NCBI GenBank assembly: GCA_965249485.1
Contig: OZ252239.1
Coordinates: forward strand, 736,001-800,000
Reading direction: 5' to 3'
From: a bacterium
GTDB taxonomy: Bacteria > SM23-31
DNA length: 64,000 nucleotides
This document shows, in pieces, positions 1 through 10,790 of the stretch. The notes below the pieces were generated by a model. The model did not search any database. It worked only from the letters and a program-made list of their open reading frames with translations, and had not been told where the DNA came from. How positions within the stretch are numbered: position 1 is the stretch's first letter; the number at the start of each line of letters is the position of its first letter. The position numbers were made by a program, and so were the translations under genes.

Positions 1-1139
1 GCAACAAGGTTATGTAAAAACTCATTCCGTGATAAAAAACGTGAATAGAGTATTTGTCCTGAATAGCTTTCACGTGCTGCATCCGCTCCGAGTGCAGTAA
101 CATCGAGGCCCACACGGGCATTCATAAGAAATCCGGTGTGTACATTTTCCTTAATTTCTGACCGGTCGATGTTGTTCCATATCGACAATGTACGGTTGAT
201 TGCACCGATTGAAACCGATATCCGTCTGGATTTCCAGTCCTGGATCCCACCTGTCACATCCGGACCTGAAAGCTGTTCTGATTGATGGAGGTATGAAAAA
301 CCCAGTCGCATCCTGATACGGTTTCCGAAATAGCTTCCGACTCCGAAACGAGTCTGCTTCAAGTCCTGGTTAGTCTTTGTGTATAAGTTTCTCCGTAAAT
401 ACCTGAACTGATTTCCATCCGACCGGGTAAAATCCGTGTTAAAATCCCATTTGGTTTCCTGTGAATAAAACGGCCTATTCAGCTGATAAAACTGGAAATC
501 TGCATCTTCAAAATGCAGAACTTTCATTGTGTTGACAAATCTGCTGCCGAAAACTCTCGGATTGACAAAAACGCCAAGGAAAAAATCTCTATTTTCCTTT
601 CGATTCTCGGTCTCAAAGCTTATATTATAGCCCCGTCCGGCAAAATTTTTATCCCTGATACCGATGCCTGTTTGGAGTTCACTTCCGACTATCTCGGCAG
701 AAACATTGAGTTGTGTCGTGAAATAGTCCTTGACTGAAACAGTAACATTAGCACCGCTATTCGAAATAGTATCGACAACAAAGTCAACTCTCTGAAATAT
801 ACCGATAGCACGCAGGTTGTTTTCACTTTCAGCTAACCGCTGTGTCGTAATAAGTGAGTCACTAAGAAATAACAATTCTCTATTGATAATGTTTTGGCGG
901 GTGGTAATGTGGAGTGAATTCACGAATTGGGCAATACGGTATTTATAGAAACTCTCTGTTGAATCGAAAATGTCGCTGACCCTGACATCCAAATTCTGAA
1001 GCAAAAGACCGTTTAAGGAGTCAGTGCTGTTGGAGTCCTGCTGTGCGTGACCGGCCGCTGGCATGAGAAAGCATAGAAACGTACCAATACAAATGGCGGC
1101 TATTGATATCATGCGCATATACAAACTCAGAAGATACAT
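1..1139 (-). CDS. BamA/TamA-family outer membrane protein with POTRA domain, runs off the left edge (not in ORF track)
   Basis: Manual translation gives an open frame from ATG 1139 to base 1. It has a signal peptide (MRMISIAAICIGTFLCFLMPAAGHA), a POTRA-like segment (TRQNIINRELLF...RLAESENNLRAIGIF), a KNFAGRG motif, then beta-strand-like sequence. An alternative start is at 1118. Confidence 0.75.
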   Translation of the reverse strand, partial: MYLLSLYMRMISIAAICIGTFLCFLMPAAGHAQQDSNSTDSLNGLLLQNLDVRVSDIFDSTESFYKYRIAQFVNSLHITTRQNIINRELLFLSDSLITTQRLAESENNLRAIGIFQRVDFVVDTISNSGANVTVSVKDYFTTQLNVSAEIVGSELQTGIGIRDKNFAGRGYNISFETENRKENRDFFLGVFVNPRVFGSRFVNTMKVLHFEDADFQFYQLNRPFYSQETKWDFNTDFTRSDGNQFRYLRRNLYTKTNQDLKQTRFGVGSYFGNRIRMRLGFSYLHQSEQLSGPDVTGGIQDWKSRRISVSIGAINRTLSIWNNIDRSEIKENVHTGFLMNARVGLDVTALGADAARESYSGQILYSRFLSRNEFLHNLV

Positions 1140-1530
1140 AACTTAATAGATGTAGTGGTATATTTGCCTGATACCAAATACAGCCTTTCTTTTGAAATGC
1201 TGTGTGCTCACATGTTGTCTTTGAATAATCATTAATTTTAAAATTAGATGAGAATTCGGCAAAAATCAAGACAAAACTATACAGAAAGCAGATAAGCTGC
1301 GGCCCTCACAACTACAAATATGGCAGAATCTGTTCTTTTTTCACGTATGGTATCGATATTCTAATATTGCAGTTGTGCACTACGCACAATAAAATACTTA
1401 TCAGAACAGTAGTTTTTTACTGTATGTACCTAATGTGATGATTATTTGAGCCTTTTTTTGGTTGCTAACGTTCATAATTTTACGTATTTTTAAAAGTCTG
1501 TTTTGAATTAATTTTATAAGGAAAAATTAG

Positions 1531-2808
1531 GTGAAAGTATCAGTTGAAACTCCTTCAGAAACGACTCGATCACTGAAGATAGAAGTAGCTTCTGCACGGC
1601 TGGAAGAGTATGTAGAAAAAGAATCTGCCAGAGTACGTCAGCGTGTACAAATGCCGGGATTCCGTAAAGGAAAAGCGCCACTAAATCTGGTAATGACACA
1701 ATATGGAAAACAGATTGAAGCAACGGCAATCGAAAATGCCATACAGGAAAATTATAATAAGGCAATCAACGATAATAACCTCAACCCGATTGGTCCGGCA
1801 AATATTATGGACATGTCGTTTGAACCGGGCAAACCGCTCGCTTTTACAGCGCACATTGAGGTTGAGCCCGTTTTTACTATAGGAAAGTTGAAAGGAATCA
1901 GGGTCGAAAAAGAAGAGCCTGAAGTTACGGATGATATGGTCGAAAACGCATTAAAGCGGGTTCAGCTCCAGTTCGGAACGGTCAGTGAGAAATCTGAGCC
2001 TGCCGGATTGGGTGATATCCTCCTTATCGATATAGAAGAAGTCGATCCTGCAACGGGAGTTGCTCTCATCGGAAAGGCCTATCCAGATAAGACGATCAGA
2101 CTGGGAGAACAGGTTTTCGGCCCTGGCTTTGACGAGCAACTTATTGGAATCAATCCGAATGAAAAGCGTCGTGTAATGCAGCAGATGGATCAGCAGGTTA
2201 TTGCCACTCCTCAAAGAGGCCAGCAGCAGGGACCCCCGGAAATTCACTATCTTGTCACAGCAAAAAAGATAAATGCGGTTAGCCTTCCCGAGATTGATGA
2301 CACACTTGCTGAGAATCTCAAATACGAAAATGTTGATGAGCTTCGCGAGGGCATAAAAAAAGATATTTCAGTTCAGTTAGATAATGCTGCACGCGATAAA
2401 TTCCGGACTGCAATCGAACGTGAAGTCGTCCGTATTGTGAACCCTCCTGTTCCTCAGGCAATGGTCGATAGATATCTCGACAACCTAATCGAGAATTTTC
2501 AAAAGATTTCGCCCGGAGAAAGGGATACAGGAAAGCTAAAAGAGGAAAATAAAGATCTGGCCGCACAAAAAATACAATGGTATCTCATACGGCAGAAACT
2601 TATTGCACAGGAACAGTTTACCGTCTCCGATCAGGAGATTGATGATTTTATCGAGAAATTTGCAGAAGAGAATAAAATAGATGCAAAGCGTGCAAAATCA
2701 GAATACCGATCTGGGGAAAAAAGAGAAGACTTAAAAAGTGCGCTGCTCGACGATAAAATATTTGGATTCCTCGAGAAAAAAGCCGACGTTAAGGCCGTTA
2801 AAGCGTGA
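1531..2808 (+). CDS. tig: Trigger factor
   Basis: GFRKGKAP ribosome-binding motif, FKBP-like middle domain, position upstream of clpP. Confidence 0.95.
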   Translation: MKVSVETPSETTRSLKIEVASARLEEYVEKESARVRQRVQMPGFRKGKAPLNLVMTQYGKQIEATAIENAIQENYNKAINDNNLNPIGPANIMDMSFEPGKPLAFTAHIEVEPVFTIGKLKGIRVEKEEPEVTDDMVENALKRVQLQFGTVSEKSEPAGLGDILLIDIEEVDPATGVALIGKAYPDKTIRLGEQVFGPGFDEQLIGINPNEKRRVMQQMDQQVIATPQRGQQQGPPEIHYLVTAKKINAVSLPEIDDTLAENLKYENVDELREGIKKDISVQLDNAARDKFRTAIEREVVRIVNPPVPQAMVDRYLDNLIENFQKISPGERDTGKLKEENKDLAAQKIQWYLIRQKLIAQEQFTVSDQEIDDFIEKFAEENKIDAKRAKSEYRSGEKREDLKSALLDDKIFGFLEKKADVKAVKA

Positions 2809-2841
2809 TAAATCGCACCTATTTATAAAGGAGTAGCTAAT

Positions 2842-3450
2842 ATGTTAGTACCGATGGTTATAGAGCAGACAGGCAGAGTTGAACGTGCTTACGACATTTA
2901 TTCAAGGCTTCTGAAAGAAAGAATTATATTTGTCGGCATGCCGATTGATGACATTGTTGCCAGTCTGGTTATTGCCCAGCTCATATTTTTGGAAGCTGAT
3001 GATCCTGAAAAAGACATCAGCATTTATATCAACTCACCGGGTGGCAGCGTTACATCAGGGCTTGCGATATATGATACAATGCAGTATATAAAACCGGATA
3101 TTGCTACAATCTGTCTCGGACAGGCGGCAAGTTTCGGGGCTATCCTCCTTGCAGGAGGTACAAAAGGAAAACGATCAGCCCTGCCGCATGTACGGGTAAT
3201 GATCCATCAGCCATGGGGCGGTGTGCAGGGACAGGCTTCGGATATAGAGATACATGCGAAAGAAATTCTGCAACACAGGTCGAAATTGAATGGTATCCTG
3301 GTTAAACACACCGGGCAGAAACTCGAAAAAATTGAAAAAGATACCGATAGAAACTATTTTATGTCGGCAAATGAAGCCAAAGAATATGGTCTCATCGATC
3401 AAGTCATTACCGAAAAACGTGCTGTCGAAAAAGCTAAAAGAAAAAAATAA
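2842..3450 (+). CDS. clpP: ATP-dependent Clp protease proteolytic subunit
   Basis: [31 protein letters not shown] motifs; AAGGAG RBS. Confidence 0.98.
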   Translation: MLVPMVIEQTGRVERAYDIYSRLLKERIIFVGMPIDDIVASLVIAQLIFLEADDPEKDISIYINSPGGSVTSGLAIYDTMQYIKPDIATICLGQAASFGAILLAGGTKGKRSALPHVRVMIHQPWGGVQGQASDIEIHAKEILQHRSKLNGILVKHTGQKLEKIEKDTDRNYFMSANEAKEYGLIDQVITEKRAVEKAKRKK

Positions 3451-3532
3451 GTATAATCTATAGATCATCATTCATCACACTCATTACTACAAGATAATAA
3501 TTAGTGTGAGTAGAGAGTAGTGGAAAATATAT

Positions 3533-4783
3533 ATGGCACCTTCCGATAAAACACCTGATAGCTTAATCTGTTCATTTTGCGGTAAAGACTCTGAGCAGAT
3601 TGAATGTATGATTTCCGGTAAGGATGTCTATATTTGCAATGAATGTGTTATCGGTGCTGAGGAGATCATCCGTACCGACCAGGAGCAGCGTACACAAACC
3701 TTTCTCAAAAAAATACCAACACCGCAGTCGATAAAAGACGAGCTCGATAAATATGTTATTGATCAGGAAGAAGCAAAAATATACCTGGCGGTATCTGTCT
3801 ATAACCATTACAAAAGAATCACGGAAAACCGCCTGCCCCGGAAAGATGTTGAACTCGAAAAAAGTAATATACTCCTGATTGGACCAACCGGTACAGGCAA
3901 AACACTTATGGCACAAACACTTGCCCGTTTTTTGCAGGTTCCATTTACGATAGCCGATGCAACAGTTCTGACAGAAGCGGGATATGTGGGTGAGGATGTG
4001 GAAAATATCCTTGTCAGGCTGATTCAGTCCGCTGATTTCAATATTGAAGAAGCTGAGCGGGGCATAATCTTTATTGATGAGATCGACAAAATTGCCCGGA
4101 GAGACGGCAACCCTTCTATTACCAGGGACGTTTCGGGAGAAGGTGTCCAGCAAGCGCTTCTGAAAATTCTTGAAGGAACAATAGCGAGTGTTCCACCCAA
4201 AGGAGGGCGGAAGCACCCTGAACAGAGCCTAATAAATATTGACACAAAAGATATCCTGTTTATTTGCGGTGGTGCATTTGACGATATTGAAAAGATAATC
4301 GGCACACGCATCGGAAAGAAAGATATGGGATTCAATGCGGATGTTAAACAGAAGAAAAAAGACAGCATCGGTGACTCTCTGAAAAAAATCGAGCCACAGG
4401 ATTTATTGAAATTCGGTCTTATTCCTGAACTTGTAGGCCGGCTGCACAATATTGCTACACTTGAAGATTTGAGCGAAGATGCCTTGTTGAGTATTCTCAA
4501 AGAGCCGAAAAATGCACTTGTCAAGCAGTACAAACGGATGTTCGAACTCGAAGGTGTCCATCTGGAAATTCCCGGTGATGCCCTCAGGGCTGTTGTCAAA
4601 ATTGCTCAAAAACGGGGAACCGGCGCCCGCGGATTACGCTCTGTGTTGGAAAAAGTCATTGTCGATATAATGTACCGGATTCCCGATATGAAAGGTTTGA
4701 AGGAATGCATCATCACAAAAGCAACCATAACAAAGGGAAAAAAACCTGTCTATGTAATTGACAACATCAAGAAGCGGGCATAG
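3533..4783 (+). CDS. clpX: ATP-dependent Clp protease ATP-binding subunit
   Basis: CSFCGK/C..C zinc finger, Walker [30 protein letters not shown]. Confidence 0.98.
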   Translation: MAPSDKTPDSLICSFCGKDSEQIECMISGKDVYICNECVIGAEEIIRTDQEQRTQTFLKKIPTPQSIKDELDKYVIDQEEAKIYLAVSVYNHYKRITENRLPRKDVELEKSNILLIGPTGTGKTLMAQTLARFLQVPFTIADATVLTEAGYVGEDVENILVRLIQSADFNIEEAERGIIFIDEIDKIARRDGNPSITRDVSGEGVQQALLKILEGTIASVPPKGGRKHPEQSLINIDTKDILFICGGAFDDIEKIIGTRIGKKDMGFNADVKQKKKDSIGDSLKKIEPQDLLKFGLIPELVGRLHNIATLEDLSEDALLSILKEPKNALVKQYKRMFELEGVHLEIPGDALRAVVKIAQKRGTGARGLRSVLEKVIVDIMYRIPDMKGLKECIITKATITKGKKPVYVIDNIKKRA

Positions 4784-5381
4784 TCTGCATAGGGTAAACC
4801 TAAAAATAGTACAGTTGGAAACGCGCGTATCTGATGTCAATTCATTTCCAAAATCTCCGTATCCGGTAGTTGCATTTGCCGGCCGGTCTAATGTAGGAAA
4901 ATCTTCACTCATCAATTCTCTCCTCAACAGAAAAAATATTGCTCAGACCAGTTCAGCTCCCGGAAAAACACGCCGAATAGATTACTTCAACATAAATGAC
5001 AAGCTCTTTTTGGCAGATCTGCCGGGTTACGGATATGCAAAGGTGTCGAAAACAAACCGTGAAAAATGGCAGAAACTCATAGAGCACTTTCTGAAAAACA
5101 TAGCACAAATCTGCCTTGTGATTCTGATTATTGATGCCAGACGAGGTATAACCGAATTGGATGCCCAATTGATCGAGTGGCTTACACATTATCAGCGGAA
5201 ATTTCGAATTATCATTACAAAATGCGATAAAATATCAAAAAATGAAGCAGAGCAGGTCCGCAGATCGGTGATACAGAATGAATTTAACATGGAAGAACCG
5301 ATTTTGTTTTCCGCTGTCGATAAAAGGGGAAAACAAAAAATCTGGTCTGGAATTTTATCTGCAACATCCCTTAAGTTGTGA
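4758..5381 (+). CDS. engB: Ribosome biogenesis GTP-binding protein EngB/YihA/YsxC (start uncertain)
   Basis: [23 protein letters not shown]; typical position after clpX. Confidence 0.93.
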   Translation: MTTSRSGHSLHRVNLKIVQLETRVSDVNSFPKSPYPVVAFAGRSNVGKSSLINSLLNRKNIAQTSSAPGKTRRIDYFNINDKLFLADLPGYGYAKVSKTNREKWQKLIEHFLKNIAQICLVILIIDARRGITELDAQLIEWLTHYQRKFRIIITKCDKISKNEAEQVRRSVIQNEFNMEEPILFSAVDKRGKQKIWSGILSATSLKL

Positions 5382-5495
5382 TATGGAAATATGAATAGGA
5401 CGTTTATTTCAAAAATCACTTCAGAAAAATATGTTTGTAATTCTTATATTTATTTTCTACTTTTTTGCCACATAAAATCTTTATTTAATAGTTGA

Positions 5496-6824
5496 ATGAT
5501 TTATATGATTTTTCAATTGAATAGCCTCAAATATTTCCGTGCAATTGCCGTCGGTCTGTTATGTGCCGTCTGTGTAATTTCGCTAGGGTATTCCCAAACA
5601 CAGCAAACGACTCTTCCCCCGCTTAAACCTGAACAGTTGCAGCAGAAGGAATTTCAGGAACGACAGTTGCTCCAATCGGCCCCCCAAATTATTATGGAAG
5701 GGCCTATCGAAGCCGAATATTACCGTATGGGTCCTGGCGATGGGCTTTTTGTTTCTGTCGGTGGTACTTCCCCGGCTATTGAGTTTCCGCTCATTGTATT
5801 ACCCGAAGGAGTTGTTTCTATACCGGATATCGGTGACATGCCTGTCAAAGGCCTTACATTATTGGAAGCCCGAATCAAGATAAATGAATTGCTTAGAAAA
5901 ATCTATCCCGGTGGCGAAATTACGATAACTTTGACAAATGTAAGAGTATTTATAGTCCGGCTCACGGGAGATGTTGAACAACCGGGAATCCGGTATGCAA
6001 ATGCCACGTGGCGGGTATCAGATATTATCGATCAGTCGGGAGGACTGAAAAAATGGGCAAACGGCAGTGTTGTCGAAATTCGGCATAATAACGGTATGAC
6101 AGAATTCTTCGACTACTGGCGATACAAAAATTATGGACGGCAGACAAACAACCCGCATCTGCTCGACGGCGATGAAATATATGTTCCGGGTAGAGATTTT
6201 GAAAAAGGTATGGTATTTGTTCAAAGCTCGCCTCTCCGTTCGGGTTTTTACCAGTATCTCGAGGGAGAAACAGTACTGGAATTTATTAACAGGGGATCAT
6301 TTGAAGTCGATAAAACAATGATAACTGGCAGCAGAGCAAATCAAAATCAAATCGATCCTGATTTAAATCCCATTGATGTTAGTAATATCGCAGTCATTAG
6401 AAATGACCAGGACGGCGGAGAGAGCACTACTAATCTTACGTTGGATTTCAATGGAATCGAAAGTGAATATATAGGTAACTATCTTCTGCAGCCAGGTGAC
6501 GTTCTCGTGCTGCCTGTCATTTCACAATATGTTTTTGTCGATGGGGAGGTTGCTTCACGCGGAGAAATCGAATGGGTTGCAAACCGGCCGGCAAGCTATT
6601 ACGTGGGTATTGCAGGCAGGACATCCGATGCAGCCAAAAATGAGCACATGAAGATTACCCGATTTGAGACCAGTGATGAAGTTACCGGTGAGGATATTGT
6701 TATTTATCCGGGGGATCATATTTTTGTTCCGAAAAAACGACACATTCTGGTGAAGGAATGGCTCGATTTTATCAGCCCGATTGTATCAATCATTCTTGCC
6801 GGAAAAGCAGTCGGTGCGTTTTAA
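5496..6824 (+). CDS. Polysaccharide export protein with SLBB domains (Wza/KpsD-like)
   Basis: Signal peptide, YRMGPGD poly-export motif, repeated GDVEQPG/GEV...PGD SLBB-like units, C-terminal amphipathic helix. Confidence 0.8.
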   Translation: MIYMIFQLNSLKYFRAIAVGLLCAVCVISLGYSQTQQTTLPPLKPEQLQQKEFQERQLLQSAPQIIMEGPIEAEYYRMGPGDGLFVSVGGTSPAIEFPLIVLPEGVVSIPDIGDMPVKGLTLLEARIKINELLRKIYPGGEITITLTNVRVFIVRLTGDVEQPGIRYANATWRVSDIIDQSGGLKKWANGSVVEIRHNNGMTEFFDYWRYKNYGRQTNNPHLLDGDEIYVPGRDFEKGMVFVQSSPLRSGFYQYLEGETVLEFINRGSFEVDKTMITGSRANQNQIDPDLNPIDVSNIAVIRNDQDGGESTTNLTLDFNGIESEYIGNYLLQPGDVLVLPVISQYVFVDGEVASRGEIEWVANRPASYYVGIAGRTSDAAKNEHMKITRFETSDEVTGEDIVIYPGDHIFVPKKRHILVKEWLDFISPIVSIILAGKAVGAF

Positions 6825-6833
6825 TTTTACTAT

Positions 6834-8066
6834 GTGACAATTATGGCTGAACGCGAAACGTCAATTCTCGATTATATACTCATCCTCATCAAGTGGAAAA
6901 AGTTTATACTACTTTTCACGGTGCTATCTGCTCTGTTGACCGCAGGAATAGTCTTGATTCTCCCCGAATGGTACAGTGCATCTTCAACGATCCTCATTCC
7001 CCAAGACGAAGGAGTCTCACTCGGCTCTTCAAGCAGTCTTATTTCGCAGGTGCAAAGTAGAATTCCTTCGCTGCCATTTATGGGGAATCTTTTTGGCGGT
7101 GGTTCAGGCTCACAGCAGTTTCTCTCGATCCTCAACAGTCGGGTTGCACAGGAGTATATTGCGCAAAAATTTAATTTGCAGAAGCAATATGAAACTAAGA
7201 ATAGCGAAGCTACAATCGGAATATTGAAAAGTCATGTTTCGTTTCAAGAAACAGAACAACTTGGGGGAATTGCTATATCAGTCGAAGACAGATCTCCAAT
7301 CCAGGCGAGCCAAATGGCAAATACCTACGTCCATTTTCTTGATTCGCTGAATATCAGATTTCAGACCGAGCGTGCCCGTGGCAACAGGATTTTTATTCAG
7401 GAGCGGTATGACAAAACATTCGGTGAATTGACTGCTGCGGAAGATTCACTCCGTACGTTTCAATTAACGCACAACATCATCTCGTTTCCCGAGCAGCTTC
7501 AAGCTGAGATTCAATCGTATGCACAGCTCCGTGGTCAGCTAGCGCTGAAAGAAATTGAGCTTGAATCGACGGGTTCCTTCATCGGCCAGGATCATCCCGA
7601 TATTCAACTACTGCAATCGCAAGTCTCATCAATTTATAACCAGCTTGCTCAATATGAAAAAGAATCAAACAGTACAACTTCCGGTGATAATAGCGCTGAA
7701 TTTGTCATACCGTTTGCCGAGACGCCGCAGTTAGGTATGAAATTTCTTCGACTCCAGCGTGAAGTTGAGATCAAAACGGTAGTCTATGCGATGCTTGCTC
7801 AGCAGCTTGAGCAGGCAAAAATTCAGGAAGCTCGTGAAACGCCGACTTTGCTTATACTTGATGAAGCTGTCCCGCCGGTTCTCCGTTCAAAACCGCAGAG
7901 AACGGTGACGGTACTCATCGTTACATTTATAGCATTTTTCCTCTCGTTTGCCTTAGCGCTGACAAATGAGCATCTTTATCGGCTCCAAACTGCAGATCCC
8001 CGGGAAAAGGAAAAACTTCTAACCATCCGCCGTTTATTGAGCAGCACTAAAACTCAGGATGAATAG
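6834..8066 (+). CDS. Wzz/GumC-type polysaccharide chain-length determinant (GNVR domain)
   Basis: N- and C-terminal TM helices, coiled-coil middle, LDEAVPP...KP motif. Confidence 0.85.
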   Translation: MTIMAERETSILDYILILIKWKKFILLFTVLSALLTAGIVLILPEWYSASSTILIPQDEGVSLGSSSSLISQVQSRIPSLPFMGNLFGGGSGSQQFLSILNSRVAQEYIAQKFNLQKQYETKNSEATIGILKSHVSFQETEQLGGIAISVEDRSPIQASQMANTYVHFLDSLNIRFQTERARGNRIFIQERYDKTFGELTAAEDSLRTFQLTHNIISFPEQLQAEIQSYAQLRGQLALKEIELESTGSFIGQDHPDIQLLQSQVSSIYNQLAQYEKESNSTTSGDNSAEFVIPFAETPQLGMKFLRLQREVEIKTVVYAMLAQQLEQAKIQEARETPTLLILDEAVPPVLRSKPQRTVTVLIVTFIAFFLSFALALTNEHLYRLQTADPREKEKLLTIRRLLSSTKTQDE

Positions 8067-9468
8067 CAAATCCACACTTAGCACATACGATGTCGTTATC
8101 TCACAATTTCGAGGCATCCCTCTTATAGCGTTTATTTCCGGTATTGCGGTCATAGTATTTCTTATTTTGGGTTATTATATCCATCCTCTTTATCTTATCG
8201 GTTCGGTACTTTTACTTGCGCCCTTGCTCTATATCAATAGAACAGCTGCACTCTATCTATATATTGTTTCGTATGTCTATACACTCCCTCTTATTACGCT
8301 CAATGCAGAAATACGACTTGATGACTTCTTGTTTTTTGTTCTTGCTTCAATTTGGGTATTTGATAAAGCACTTTATCCGGGACACAGGTCTTCTCCGACA
8401 AAATTATCGCGTCTATTATTACTCTGGCTCCTTATTAACGGGCTTTCGATTTTATTTAATGTCCGGAGTTTCAGTACACTCCAATTCATTCGGTCTGGCT
8501 ACTTTTTCGTCAGAATGGTCGAATATGTTTTTGTCTATTTTATTGTATCGGATATGATCAAATCGGAAAGGATGCGCATCACAGCTATCCGCTTAGTCTG
8601 GGGCGTTACAGTTGCAGTATGTGTGATTGGAATATACCAGTTTTTCATTCTTGGTGAAAGCAATATAACATCCACGTTATCAGAAAATCATGCCCACATT
8701 GGCGTGTTTCTAATGCTCACTTTTTTTATTCTCTTAGGATATGCGGCACATACAAAAAATCCTATTGAAAAAATGTTACTCTATGTGACATTACCGTTGA
8801 TGGTCTATATCTTAGTATTATCAAATCTGCGCGCAGGATTGTTAGCATTAGCCGGTGGGATTATCATCTACTTTCTTTTTCTCAAAAGGTTCATTGGAAT
8901 AGTTATAGCAGTGCTGTTAATAAGTACCGCTATAATTGGAGGAACATTTGTTATCCAAAATATTCAAGGAGTAGAAGAAAGTACTGCACGGCTGGAAAAT
9001 CTTGAACAGGATGTGTCGCTTTTCGGCAGGTTTTATATCTGGATGAGTACTGTTAGTATGCTGCAGGAAAACCCATCGAAACTTATAACCGGAGTTGGTC
9101 TTGCAGGCTTTGCACAGGCTCTTCGCTCTGAAACACTGCTGCTGCCGGGAGTGTCGGGAGGGCACAACAATTTCCTCCACCATCTGACGGAGACCGGCAT
9201 TTTCGGCCTTGGAGTTTTTCTGGCAATTCTCTACCTACTCTTAAGAAAAAGTCTTAAAAACGGTTGGGATAAATCGCGGAAAGATAAAGCGCTATATTAT
9301 GGATACTTCTGTGGATTGGTAACTCTCATTATAACAGCGTCAACACATGAAGTATTCTCAGTACAGACAACATATCACAGTTATTTAGGGTACTTTTTTC
9401 TCATAACCGCTATAATATACTACAATCCTGATTACAAACATGATAGTGTTCGGACAGATAAGCTTTAA
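8059..9468 (+). CDS. O-antigen ligase / Wzy-like polymerase
   Basis: Polytopic membrane protein with GR..IW, GVG and HNNFL..L.ETG..G motifs. Confidence 0.8.
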   Translation: MNSKSTLSTYDVVISQFRGIPLIAFISGIAVIVFLILGYYIHPLYLIGSVLLLAPLLYINRTAALYLYIVSYVYTLPLITLNAEIRLDDFLFFVLASIWVFDKALYPGHRSSPTKLSRLLLLWLLINGLSILFNVRSFSTLQFIRSGYFFVRMVEYVFVYFIVSDMIKSERMRITAIRLVWGVTVAVCVIGIYQFFILGESNITSTLSENHAHIGVFLMLTFFILLGYAAHTKNPIEKMLLYVTLPLMVYILVLSNLRAGLLALAGGIIIYFLFLKRFIGIVIAVLLISTAIIGGTFVIQNIQGVEESTARLENLEQDVSLFGRFYIWMSTVSMLQENPSKLITGVGLAGFAQALRSETLLLPGVSGGHNNFLHHLTETGIFGLGVFLAILYLLLRKSLKNGWDKSRKDKALYYGYFCGLVTLIITASTHEVFSVQTTYHSYLGYFFLITAIIYYNPDYKHDSVRTDKL

Positions 9469-9500
9469 ATCCCAGTAACTCATTATTAGATTTTAGAATT

Positions 9501-10682
9501 ATGAAATACAAAATAATTCACATTCTTGGAACAATTATTACTGGAGGAGCAGAATTATCAGTTTATGATGTCTTAAAATCATGGAAAGACAATCAATTTT
9601 CTCAGAAAATACTATACACGAGAGAATTGAAAGGTAAAAAAGTGGCTTTTCATGAAATTGGTATTCCAACAATACCACTTAACTGGAATTCGGAACGAAA
9701 TTTTCATAAAATTTTTGCTCTTATGAAAGTATTTCAAAGAGAAAAACCTCACATTGTAAATACTCACATAACAACAGGAAATTACTGGGTAGTTATTGCA
9801 GCCAAGTTGGCAAATGTTCCAATCATTATTGAAACAATGAGAACAAAGATAGAGCTTACAAAAAAGGGTTTCTTGCTCCATAAAGTACTAAGACCAATAG
9901 TTTCTCCGTTCATTGATATAACAATATGTATAAGTTCCGCTGTCAAAAATCATATGATTGCCTTATTTGGAAATAGTAGTAAGAGGTACCAATTAATTTT
10001 TAATGGGCTTCAGTCAATATCTAACACAAAAAGAATTGATATGACATCGAATAAGCCAACTATCAATGTGCCAAAAAATGCGGTTATCTTATTAACTATA
10101 GCTAATTTGCGTCCTTTTGTAAAGGGTTATGAAATTTATATCGATGCTTTAAATACTTTAAGTCCCGAGTTCAGGGGAAAAATACATGTGCTAATTGTCG
10201 GTGATAAGAGCCAAGACAATCCAGATTTTTTAAGTGTATTAGAAAAAAGAATAAAGGAATCACAACTTAAAAATATGATTACTTTTTTAGGCGTTCGTAC
10301 TGATATAAAGGATTTAATATCTGTATCAGATGTAATTGTCATGCCATCGATGTATGAAGGCGGTCCTCGTGTTGTTCTCGAAGCGATGCGTGGCGGGAAG
10401 CCGGTTATTGCAACAAGAACAGGTGCAGTTCCCGAATATGTAGTCGATGGCGAAACGGGACTCATAGTCGAACCGGGAGACAGCAAAGCACTTGCCGCTG
10501 CAATTGAAAATATGCTTGATAATCCGGTTTCATGGGCTGAGATGGGAGAAAGGGGGAAGAAACGGTTTCTTGAGCACTTCACCGTCGATAAAACAGTCGA
10601 CCAGTTAACAAACCTCTATCTTGATCTGCTTGAGAAAAAGGGAATCAAACATACTGATAGCAATGCACTTCATTTAGATTAG
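9501..10682 (+). CDS. Glycosyltransferase family 4
   Basis: GGAE N-terminal motif; PSMYEGGPRVVLEAM (EX7E). Confidence 0.9.
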   Translation: MKYKIIHILGTIITGGAELSVYDVLKSWKDNQFSQKILYTRELKGKKVAFHEIGIPTIPLNWNSERNFHKIFALMKVFQREKPHIVNTHITTGNYWVVIAAKLANVPIIIETMRTKIELTKKGFLLHKVLRPIVSPFIDITICISSAVKNHMIALFGNSSKRYQLIFNGLQSISNTKRIDMTSNKPTINVPKNAVILLTIANLRPFVKGYEIYIDALNTLSPEFRGKIHVLIVGDKSQDNPDFLSVLEKRIKESQLKNMITFLGVRTDIKDLISVSDVIVMPSMYEGGPRVVLEAMRGGKPVIATRTGAVPEYVVDGETGLIVEPGDSKALAAAIENMLDNPVSWAEMGERGKKRFLEHFTVDKTVDQLTNLYLDLLEKKGIKHTDSNALHLD

Positions 10683-10790
10683 TTTTAAAAATGAAAATAT
10701 GCATTGGAAAATTTATCAGATCATCAGGTGAACTCAACTGATTTAACCTATACAATTGCTGCTGACGTTATGGGATAAATCGATTACAAA

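Noticed and set aside
1140..1530. tRNA upstream of tig, a common arrangement
   Set aside because: No cloverleaf or TTC-loop found; it looks like an AT-rich divergent promoter region.
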